In this document: positions 27,690-34,857 of the stretch, piece after piece
Position numbering within the stretch: position 1 is the first letter of the stretch
Layout of the letters: each line of letters starts with the position of its first letter
DNA from: Ferrimicrobium sp. UBA6820
GTDB taxonomy: Bacteria; Actinomycetota; Acidimicrobiia; Acidimicrobiales; RAAP-2
DNA length: 37,534 nucleotides
Assembly: GCA_002452255.1 (NCBI GenBank)
Contig: DKEO01000057.1
Coordinates: 10,081-47,614, forward strand
Direction: 5' to 3'
Made by a program: the position numbers and the translations under genes
The notes under the pieces: generated by a model
Database searches by the model: none
Told to the model about the DNA's origin: nothing
Seen by the model: only the letters and a program-made list of their open reading frames with translations

Positions 27690-28735
27690 GTCGGCTCGAC
27701 GATGCCCTCGAGATCGTACGCATCGACTCGGTCAGTCGCAACGAAGCCGCCCTCGCCAACGTCGTCGAGCAACGACTTCGTGCCAACCCTTCGCTCGAGG
27801 TGGAGCGGATCGGCGACAACGTCGTCGCTCGTACGACGGGTCATCACGCCACGCGACTAATGGTCGCCGGCCACCTCGACACCGTGCCCGGTGACGCCCG
27901 GGCCGCGGTCATCGTCGACGACGAACTTCGCGGGGTGGGTGCGTGCGACATGAAGGGTTCGATCGCGGTCATGCTCGAGCTCGCAAGCGAACCTCTCGCT
28001 CGTTCCGTCGAGGTCACGTGGTTGTTCTACGCTCGCGAGGAGATCGCGCGAAGCGAGTCGGGACTCTTAGAAATAGCCGACCTGCGTCCAGAATTCTTAC
28101 AGGCCGACGTCGCGATTCTCTGCGAACCGACGGGTGGGCTGGTTGAAGCCGGTTGTCAGGGCACGCTGCGCGTCGGGGTGGAACTGCACGGTGCGCGCGC
28201 CCATACTGCGCGTCCCTATACGGGAATCAACGCCATCCACCGGCTGGCGTCGTTGGTGGCCCACGTAGCGCGCTACGAACCGCGCTCGGTGGACCTGGAT
28301 CACGTGACCTACGTAGAACAACTGCAGACGGTGAGCATCGAAGGAGGCGTCGCGCCCAACGTGGTACCCGACCTCGCCCGCTGCGTGCTTAACTACCGGG
28401 TCGCGCCCGACCGGACCGAGAACGAAGCGCTCGCCTGGATCGTCCACTACCTGGGCGATTTCGTGGAACCGGGCGACAGCGTCGAAGTCATCGATTGGGC
28501 GCCTTCGGCTGCACCGGAACTCTCGAACCCGCGACTCGCCCAGCTGGTATCGCTCACCAATGCAATGCCCCGGGGCAAACTCGGTTGGACCGACGTCGCG
28601 ACGTTCGCCCAGTTGGGAGTACCGGCCGCAAATTTTGGGGCGGGCGATCCGCTGCTGGCGCACCGCAGTGACGAATTCGTGACGCGTTACGAACTCGACG
28701 AGTTTGCGAACGTCCTTCGCACCTGGCTCGAATAA
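27686..28735 (+). CDS. dapE: Succinyl-diaminopimelate desuccinylase
   Basis: M20 motifs GHLDTV, GACDMKG, REE, AHTARP, GWTDVA, GDPLLAH..DE. Confidence 0.93.
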   Translation: MSRLDDALEIVRIDSVSRNEAALANVVEQRLRANPSLEVERIGDNVVARTTGHHATRLMVAGHLDTVPGDARAAVIVDDELRGVGACDMKGSIAVMLELASEPLARSVEVTWLFYAREEIARSESGLLEIADLRPEFLQADVAILCEPTGGLVEAGCQGTLRVGVELHGARAHTARPYTGINAIHRLASLVAHVARYEPRSVDLDHVTYVEQLQTVSIEGGVAPNVVPDLARCVLNYRVAPDRTENEALAWIVHYLGDFVEPGDSVEVIDWAPSAAPELSNPRLAQLVSLTNAMPRGKLGWTDVATFAQLGVPAANFGAGDPLLAHRSDEFVTRYELDEFANVLRTWLE

Positions 28736-28776
28736 CCAGTCCGAGACCCTCGAGGAATAAATCGATTCGCTGGGAT

Positions 28777-29400
28777 TCAGTAGTTGCGCAAGACCGAGAT
28801 GACACGCCCGAAGATCGTGACGTCGCCCGCGTCAAATTCCATGGGTTCCATGCGACTGTTCTCGGGCTTCAAGACGATACGAACACCTTGGGGAAAGAAA
28901 CGCTTGACCGTGGCCTCGTCGTCGTTGATACCCGCCACGACGATCTCACCGGTGTTTGCGGTCGACTGACGCTGGACCACGAGGAAGTCGCCTGGAAGAA
29001 TGCCCGCGTCGATCATCGAGTCACCGCGTACTTGTACGACGAAACTCTCGCCGCGCCCGCAGAACTGCTCAGGGATCGACATCAACTCGTGGGCGACTTC
29101 ACTCGCTAAGACCCCAGTACCCGCCGCGACGTCGCCGACGAACGGGATGTAGCGAATGTGCTGGTCGGGCGCTGGGTTCTCCACGTCGAGCCGGACCGTG
29201 AGCGTGCGGGGCTGTTGCGGATTCTTCTCGATGTAGCCGGCGTTCTTCAGGACCTCGATGTGGTTCGCCACCGTGGCCGGTGACTTGAGACCGACGTGGT
29301 CGCCGATCTCTCGTATCGTCGGCGGGAAGTTCCTCTCGCGCTGGCAGGTGACAATGAATTAGAGAATCTGGCGGCGCATCGGTGTGAGCACTTCGGCCAT
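28777..29400 (-). pseudogene. lexA: SOS repressor LexA, 208-codon frame interrupted by in-frame TAA at codon 14 (nonsense allele or base-call error)
   Basis: GGAGG RBS, ATG at 29400: MAEVLTPMRRQIL*FIVTCQRERNFPPTIREIGDHVGLKSPATV..., then intact VAAG cleavage site, GDSM Ser and ATVKR Lys; TAA at 29361-29359. Confidence 0.93.
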
Positions 29401-29415
29401 GGTTTCCTCCGTTAA

Positions 29416-29429
29416 CGAACAGTTGTTCG
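29416..29429. promoter_or_regulatory. LexA box CGAACAGTTGTTCG
   Basis: Exact CGAAC-N4-GTTCG immediately downstream of the lexA -10 element. Confidence 0.92.
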
Positions 29430-29430
29430 T

Positions 29431-29459
29431 ATAATACGACATCGAACGTCATGAATCAA
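29431..29459 (-). promoter_or_regulatory. lexA sigma70-type promoter TTGATT-N17-TATTAT
   Basis: -35 at 29459-29454, 17-nt spacer, -10 at 29436-29431; flanked by two LexA boxes. Confidence 0.8.
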
Positions 29460-29470
29460 ACACCTGTTCG
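29457..29470. promoter_or_regulatory. LexA box CAAACACCTGTTCG (1 mismatch)
   Basis: Near-consensus box overlapping the lexA -35. Confidence 0.82.
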
Positions 29471-29540
29471 TTTTGTGACCCACTCCAGGGCTCGAAGTGC
29501 TTCAAACACTGACTTTTCGGTGACTTCTTCCGTCCAGGCT

Positions 29541-29734
29541 GGTCAGGACTGATCGACAAAATTGAAGGTGCCGAGGGGGGCCTGACCGGGGTGAAGAGCG
29601 GCGGTTTCACCGGTCCGAGCGTCCAGGTCGGGTCGACGGTTTTCGCTCGATCAGGTCGGCGCCCGCCCACCCCTTCGAAGAGGACCGAACGCTGACCCAG
29701 GCCGACCGTTGTCTCTTTCTGAAAGGAGACGACG
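29541..29734 (+). promoter_or_regulatory. Putative structured 5' leader with RBS-sequestering hairpin
   Basis: Stem 29707-29718/29723-29734 (12 bp, CTGA loop) pairs the AAGGAG RBS and the first base of GTG; further stems GGTCAGG/CCTGACC, GGTGAA/TTCACC, GGTCGGC/GCCGACC. Confidence 0.45.
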
Positions 29735-30465
29735 TGACGGACAATGAGAGTGGCGAACAAAGAGGCGAATGTTGGCGCGACTTCGCCGACGTGCTGGACG
29801 CGGGGGTCGCGCGGATTTTGCTTCATGGCCCTCCGGGAACTGGTAAGACCTTCGCGGCGCTGCACTTTGGTGTCTCGCGCGTCGCCGAACGGCTCGTGTG
29901 CACCGAGGATCTGACCACCGGTGAGATCACCGGCACCTGGATGCCCGCGGGCGAGGGCAGGTGGGAGTGGCGAGAAGGCCCGGCGATACGCGCCTGGCGA
30001 GAACAAGGCGGACTGGGCGGACGTTTGGTCGTCGACGAGGTGGACCGCGCCTCGGGCGATGCCCTTAGTACTTTGCTCGCGGTGACCGACTCGGTTGAGT
30101 CCGCGCGATGGCGAAACCCCCAGAGCGGCGAATGGGTGCGCCCGGGTCCCCAGTTCAGTGTGGTGATGACTTCGAACATCGAGGACCTCGAGGATGTTCC
30201 TCCCGCCCTGCGGGACCGGTTTCCTGTGTCCATTCGCGTGGACCAGCCCCATCCCTCGGCACTCGAGAGTTTGAGCCCCGATCTTCGTTCGCCCGCGCTC
30301 GCGGGCTCGTTGGGGGACCCCGCACGGCGGGTGTCGCTTCGGAGTTTTCACGCCTTCGACCAACTGCGCCGCCACCTCGGCGTCGAACGAGCCGCGCGAC
30401 TGGTCTTTGGCGCCACGCGAGCGCCGGACGTACTGGATGCCCTGGCGATCGGTGGCCTTCGTTGA
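29734..30465 (+). CDS. MoxR/CobS-like AAA+ ATPase (AAA_5 type)
   Basis: Walker A GPPGTGKT (29827-29850), Walker B LVVDE, sensor-1 MTSN, arginine finger ALRDRF, sensor-2-like SLR; RBS GAAAGGAG. Confidence 0.9.
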   Translation: MTDNESGEQRGECWRDFADVLDAGVARILLHGPPGTGKTFAALHFGVSRVAERLVCTEDLTTGEITGTWMPAGEGRWEWREGPAIRAWREQGGLGGRLVVDEVDRASGDALSTLLAVTDSVESARWRNPQSGEWVRPGPQFSVVMTSNIEDLEDVPPALRDRFPVSIRVDQPHPSALESLSPDLRSPALAGSLGDPARRVSLRSFHAFDQLRRHLGVERAARLVFGATRAPDVLDALAIGGLR

Positions 30466-31793
30466 GCGGCACCGCAGTCTTTCCCGAGTTGGTCACTGGA
30501 CGCGAGGACGGCTTTGACGCCGGGCCATGGCAAGTCGAGTCCGGATCGACGAGTCGCGGCGGCGCGAGCTGCGATCTCACTCGTCGAGTACTCGAAGTGC
30601 CCCTGGGCGTCGACGCGACGTCAAGGGTGGTGCGAGCTCACGAACTCATGCACGTGCGGGTGAGTCCCTACCGCTCGTTCGTGGAACATCGTGACGTCTC
30701 GTCGCGCGCCCTCGAGTGCGCCGAGGAGTTTCGGGTCAACGTCTTGCTCGACCGCTTGGGTTTCGCGGTGACCTTGCTGCGCGACGGTAGCGAGAAGTCG
30801 GGGGGTCGCGCGATTGCCGAGAAGGCCGACTGGCCCGAGGCGGTGCGATTCCTCCTGGCCGTGGTGGGCACGGGGGCCGAACGTGACTATCTCGCTGGTG
30901 TGCGCGCTGCACAGCCCACGTGGATGTCGGGGCTTCGCGCGATGTCGAAACGCGCTCGCAAACTCGTCGACAGCATGCACGTCGACGAGTTGGGCGAAAC
31001 GGCCCTCGACGACGAAGACGTCCCGCGCGGCTACGCCAACGTCACCGTCGTGCTCGCGCGGATGCTCGATCGGGCGGCCGGTTCCCAGGTGCCCGCGGAC
31101 CCGGACTCGCTACGACTCTTTCGTCGGTCGCTCGAGGTCGGCGGTCGGCGTGCGCCATCGGGCGTGTTTGCCTCCCTGATGCTCGACCAGAGTGGACTCG
31201 CCATTCGAGTGGATCCGAATTCTCAGTGGCGCCGAGATCGGCCGTCAACCAGTGGGGTGACGATGCGTTATCCCAGTCGGCTTCTCACGGACGACCTGCA
31301 GCGGGCGTATGGCGCGAAGCGACGGAGTCGCGGGGGCGTGGTGGTGATCGACCAGTCAGGTTCGATGGACATCGACCCCGACCAGTTGTCGGCGTTGTTG
31401 CTACGTGCTCCCGGTGCGCTCGTCGTGGGCTATAGCCACCGACCCGGTGACGTGATGGCCACTCCCAATGCGTGGGTGCTGGTCCATAACGGCGTGCTCG
31501 CGCGTCGCTACCCCTCGGGAAACGTCGGCAACGGCGTTGACGGGCCGGTCCTCGCCTGGGCGGTCGCGAGAGCCCGCCCCGGCGAACCCGTGGTGTGGGT
31601 GACCGACGGTCAGGTGACCGACTCCAACGACCACCCCAGCGAGGTCCTGACCCTCGAGTGCGCCACGCTGGTGCGCCGTCATCGGATCCGCCTGGTTCGC
31701 GAACTCAGCGGGGCCGCCGGCGCCCTGGCCTGTTACAGGCCCCCCGTACACTCTGATTTCGGCAGGGTAGGGCGCAAGTTGCTGGAGAAATAG
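30462..31793 (+). CDS. HExxH metallopeptidase-like plus VWA (MIDAS) domain protein, partner of the AAA+ ATPase
   Basis: TTG overlaps ATPase stop (TTGA), 443 aa; AHELMH (30639-30653) then EEFRVN; VVVIDQSGSM (31350-31367) and VVWVTDG (31602-31610). Confidence 0.82.
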   Translation: MSGTAVFPELVTGREDGFDAGPWQVESGSTSRGGASCDLTRRVLEVPLGVDATSRVVRAHELMHVRVSPYRSFVEHRDVSSRALECAEEFRVNVLLDRLGFAVTLLRDGSEKSGGRAIAEKADWPEAVRFLLAVVGTGAERDYLAGVRAAQPTWMSGLRAMSKRARKLVDSMHVDELGETALDDEDVPRGYANVTVVLARMLDRAAGSQVPADPDSLRLFRRSLEVGGRRAPSGVFASLMLDQSGLAIRVDPNSQWRRDRPSTSGVTMRYPSRLLTDDLQRAYGAKRRSRGGVVVIDQSGSMDIDPDQLSALLLRAPGALVVGYSHRPGDVMATPNAWVLVHNGVLARRYPSGNVGNGVDGPVLAWAVARARPGEPVVWVTDGQVTDSNDHPSEVLTLECATLVRRHRIRLVRELSGAAGALACYRPPVHSDFGRVGRKLLEK

Positions 31794-31827
31794 GGTGCGG
31801 TAGAGGCCAAATTCCTTCAACTTTCAC

Positions 31828-31872
31828 TTGCGCCGAACACCTGTTCGCTTTAGAATTACGAACAGGTGTTCG
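31828..31872 (+). promoter_or_regulatory. SOS promoter TTGCGC-N17-TAGAAT with two LexA boxes
   Basis: -35 31828-31833; -10 31851-31856; CGAACACCTGTTCG 31834-31847 in the spacer; CGAACAGGTGTTCG 31859-31872 over the start region; AGGAG RBS follows. Confidence 0.9.
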
Positions 31873-31891
31873 GTAGAGTCAGGAGTCGGCC

Positions 31892-32329
31892 ATGGCGGCA
31901 GTAGAAGTGATTGAAGTACCCGAGTTCGAGGAACTCGATCAGGGCCGTTATCTCCACCTCGTCTCGGTGGGCACGACGCCCCGGGTCCTTCGTACCGGGC
32001 GGACACTCGCCCAGCGTCGTGCGGCACGTCTGCGTATGATCCAACGCCGTCGACGCACCGCGATCGCGCTCTTGCTCGTGATTGGACTCGTGATCCTGGC
32101 TTGGCCCGGCCACGCTTTTGGTAGCACCACGAACACCGGATTGTCGACCGACCTGGCGAACAGTTCGGTGCTCGCGCCCGGCATGCTCTACGTGGTCCAG
32201 CCAGGTGACTCCATCTCGTCGATCGCCGCGAAAGTGAATCCAGTCGAGCCCGCACTCGCTCGTCGTGCGCTCGTGCGCGAACTCGGCTCAAGCTACGTGG
32301 TGCCCGGCGAACACGTCCTTATTCCTTAG
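31892..32329 (+). CDS. Membrane-anchored LysM protein, probable SOS cell-division inhibitor (ChiZ/YneA-like)
   Basis: Arg cluster, single TM, C-terminal YVVQPGDSISSIA...PGEHVLIP; double LexA box; precedes nrdR. Confidence 0.85.
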   Translation: MAAVEVIEVPEFEELDQGRYLHLVSVGTTPRVLRTGRTLAQRRAARLRMIQRRRRTAIALLLVIGLVILAWPGHAFGSTTNTGLSTDLANSSVLAPGMLYVVQPGDSISSIAAKVNPVEPALARRALVRELGSSYVVPGEHVLIP

Positions 32330-32361
32330 AATTTCAAGGAAATAGGTGTATCGTGAGTTCC

Positions 32362-32832
32362 GTGCGCTGTCCCTTCTGTGCTGCAGATGATGACCGCGTT
32401 GTCGATTCACGACTCGCGGAAGACGGAGTAGCGATACGCCGACGCCGTGAATGCGCTGCATGCAATCAGCGCTACACCACCTTCGAGAGGATCGAAGAGG
32501 CTCCGCTGTTCGTCGTGAAGCGTTCGGGCGACCGCGAACCGTTCAACCGGACCAAGATTCTGCTCGGCGTGAGGGCGGCCTGCAAAAACCGACCAGTGGA
32601 CGAGGAAATCATGGAGTCCCTGGTTACGACGGTCGACGAATCGATGCGCCTGCTCAATCGTGACGTGACGAGTGAAGAAATCGGCATGGCTACCCTGGAG
32701 GGCTTGATCGACGTCGACGACGTGGCGTACGTACGTTTCGCCTCGGTCTACAAGGGTTTCGAGGATACCGAGGACTTTGCGCGTGAGATCGGCATGCTGG
32801 TGAAGACCACCGCCCCCAAGCTGAGGGGTTAG
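32362..32832 (+). CDS. nrdR: Transcriptional repressor NrdR
   Basis: MRCPFC...VVDSR...IRRRREC..C..RYTTFE zinc ribbon, ATP cone, VAYVRFASVY; alternative GTG at 32353. Confidence 0.98.
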   Translation: MRCPFCAADDDRVVDSRLAEDGVAIRRRRECAACNQRYTTFERIEEAPLFVVKRSGDREPFNRTKILLGVRAACKNRPVDEEIMESLVTTVDESMRLLNRDVTSEEIGMATLEGLIDVDDVAYVRFASVYKGFEDTEDFAREIGMLVKTTAPKLRG

Positions 32833-32834
32833 CC

Positions 32835-33542
32835 GTGCGAATTCTGAGGGTCGAGGCCCGTTCGGCAATGGCGATCTACGCTCACCCCGACGACGCGGAC
32901 GTCGCCGCGGGCGGCCTGCTCGCCCAATGGGCGAGTGAGGGCTGCGTGGTGCACCTCGTCGTGGTCTGCGACGGATCTAAGGGTAGTCACGTTCCCCAGG
33001 TCGACGCGCGATCGTTGCGAGAGGTACGTCGTGCGGAACTACAGCAAGCGGCCGATTTCCTCGGGGCCAGCAGTGTCACGTGCCTCGAGCACGTCGACGG
33101 CTCGGTGACCAATGACGAAGACCTGCGCGCCACACTCGTCGAACTGATCCGTCGGCACCGACCCGAGGTGGTGGTGGGTCCCGATCCGACGGCCACGTTC
33201 TTTGGCGGGGTTTACGTCAACCATCGTGATCACCGTGAGACGGGTTGGGCCCTGCTCGACGCCGTCGCGCCGGCCGCGGCGATGCCCCTCTACTTTCCCG
33301 AAAAGGGCGAAGCGCACCAGGTTCGCCAACTTCTGTTGAGCGGCACCCACGAACCCGACGTCGTCGTTGACGTGTCACGGACCATCGACACCAAGGTGAA
33401 GGCGGTTCTGGCGCACTCGTCGCAGGTGGGTGGCGACCCTGAAGGCATCCGCGACGTCGTCTACGGTCGTGCCGAGCAGGCCGGCCATCCGGTGGGTATC
33501 GCCTTTGGCGAATCGTTTCGCAGTGTCGAACTCGCCTTCTGA
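32835..33542 (+). CDS. PIG-L family deacetylase
   Basis: AHPDDAD, RRAELQQAA..LG, NHRDH, KVKAVLAHSSQ. Confidence 0.88.
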   Translation: MRILRVEARSAMAIYAHPDDADVAAGGLLAQWASEGCVVHLVVVCDGSKGSHVPQVDARSLREVRRAELQQAADFLGASSVTCLEHVDGSVTNDEDLRATLVELIRRHRPEVVVGPDPTATFFGGVYVNHRDHRETGWALLDAVAPAAAMPLYFPEKGEAHQVRQLLLSGTHEPDVVVDVSRTIDTKVKAVLAHSSQVGGDPEGIRDVVYGRAEQAGHPVGIAFGESFRSVELAF

Positions 33543-34857
33543 GAACCCCACGGTCGACGAGGCCCCGGTGCTGCACGTGGACCTGGACGCGTTCTTCGCG
33601 TCGGTCGAGATACTCGACGACCCGAGCCTGGAGGGCAAGCCGGTGTGCGTGGGTGGCGCGGGAGCACGAGGGGTCATCGCCAGCGCGAGTTACGAGGCCC
33701 GACGCTACGGCGTGCACAGTGCCATGCCGAGCGTGATCGCCCTTCGGATGTGCCCGGACCTGATCATCTTGCCGGGGCGATTCGAGCGCTACGAGGTCTA
33801 CTCGCGTCGCTTCCACGACATCATCAACGACCTCACACCGGACTACGAGCCGCTCGGTCTGGACGAGGCTTTTTGTGATTTGCGCAGTCTGCGTCGCCTC
33901 TCGGTCGCACCCCTTGAGGCGGCGGCGGGGCTGCGCGGTCGCATCGGCGACGAACTGGGATTGCTGTCGGGGGTGGGTCTGGGCCGCAACAAGCTCTTCG
34001 CCAAGCTAGCGTCCAAGCGTTCCAAACCACGTGTGGTGAACGGCGGGCTCGTCGAGGGCCCGGGGGTCGTGTGGGTGAGTCGTGACCTCGAGTCGGCCTG
34101 GCTCGAGGAGCTGCCGGTTCGCGCCCTGTGGGGGGTGGGTCCCGCGACCGCGGCGAAACTCGAGAAGCTCGGACTTCGCTACGTTCGCGATCTGGCCCTG
34201 GTGGACGAATCGACGTTGGCCCATCACGTGGGTCCCGCGATGGCGGCGTCGTTGAGCGCGTACGCGAAAGGTGAGGACTTTCGCGAGGTCGTCGCGCAAC
34301 GAGAGGTGAAGTCCGTCGGTCACGATCAGACCTTCGCCCGCTCCCTCGAAGGCGTCGACGCGGTGCTCGAAGCGATGAAGGTCCACGCCGCCGTCGTTGC
34401 GCGGGCGCTGCGAGGTCAGTCGCGAGTCGCTCGTACGTTCACCGTGATCGTGCGATTCGACGATCGCACGAGTGTGTCACGCTCCCAGACCCTGGCCTTC
34501 GGACTCGACGACGAGGTGGGTATCGCGGCGATCGCGGGGGCTCTGGTCCAGTCAATGGAACTGCATAATTCGGTGCGACTGCTCGCGCTGCACGCGTCGT
34601 CGTTCCTCGAGCGCAGTCGCAACGCGATGCAACTTACTTTCGCTATCGACACGGCGACGCCAGACACCCGGACCCGCGCTGTTGAAGTGGGTCGCGAGCG
34701 TCAGGTGGGTCACGAGGCCCTGCGTGACGCGGTCGACGAGATCCGTCGACGCTTCGGGCGCACCTCGGTGGGCACGGCGAGCGAGCTGCGAGAGGACGGC
34801 GTGACGATTGTCACCCAACGTGGCAGTCACGCCTTCGGGCCCGAGCAGACTCCTTAG
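33523..34857 (+). CDS. dinB: DNA polymerase IV (Y family)
   Basis: LHVDLDAFFASVE, SASYEARRYGVHSAMP, GLDEAF, NKLFAKLAS, LWGVGP; start uncertain (GTG 33523 or 33568). Confidence 0.93.
   Translation: MSNSPSENPTVDEAPVLHVDLDAFFASVEILDDPSLEGKPVCVGGAGARGVIASASYEARRYGVHSAMPSVIALRMCPDLIILPGRFERYEVYSRRFHDIINDLTPDYEPLGLDEAFCDLRSLRRLSVAPLEAAAGLRGRIGDELGLLSGVGLGRNKLFAKLASKRSKPRVVNGGLVEGPGVVWVSRDLESAWLEELPVRALWGVGPATAAKLEKLGLRYVRDLALVDESTLAHHVGPAMAASLSAYAKGEDFREVVAQREVKSVGHDQTFARSLEGVDAVLEAMKVHAAVVARALRGQSRVARTFTVIVRFDDRTSVSRSQTLAFGLDDEVGIAAIAGALVQSMELHNSVRLLALHASSFLERSRNAMQLTFAIDTATPDTRTRAVEVGRERQVGHEALRDAVDEIRRRFGRTSVGTASELREDGVTIVTQRGSHAFGPEQTP

Noticed and set aside
28777-29400. Genome-wide TAA recoding to explain the lexA stop
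   Set aside because: TAA acts as the normal stop for ylxR, ftsK, dapE and the L,D-transpeptidase in this window
29451-29552. 33-codon upstream ORF (MNQTPVRF...)
   Set aside because: No RBS, it overlaps the LexA box, and it has no recognisable features; likely chance
29541-29734. Cobalamin riboswitch, suggested by the CobS/CobT-like genes
   Set aside because: I could not find the B12-box or other conserved cobalamin aptamer motifs, and there are no cob genes nearby
30108-30461. ORF-track 561-aa version of the VWA protein
   Set aside because: The extra 118 codons overlap the ATPase in another frame and look non-protein-like; TTG 30462 overlapping the ATPase stop is the better start
31834-31872. 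Inverted repeat read as a terminator for the VWA gene
   Set aside because: Fully explained by two LexA boxes in opposite orientation around a -10 element; no U tract follows
33526-33541. LexA box at the dinB start (TCGAACTCGCCTTCTG)
   Set aside because: The right half-site is CTTCT rather than GTTCG and lies within coding sequence; too degenerate
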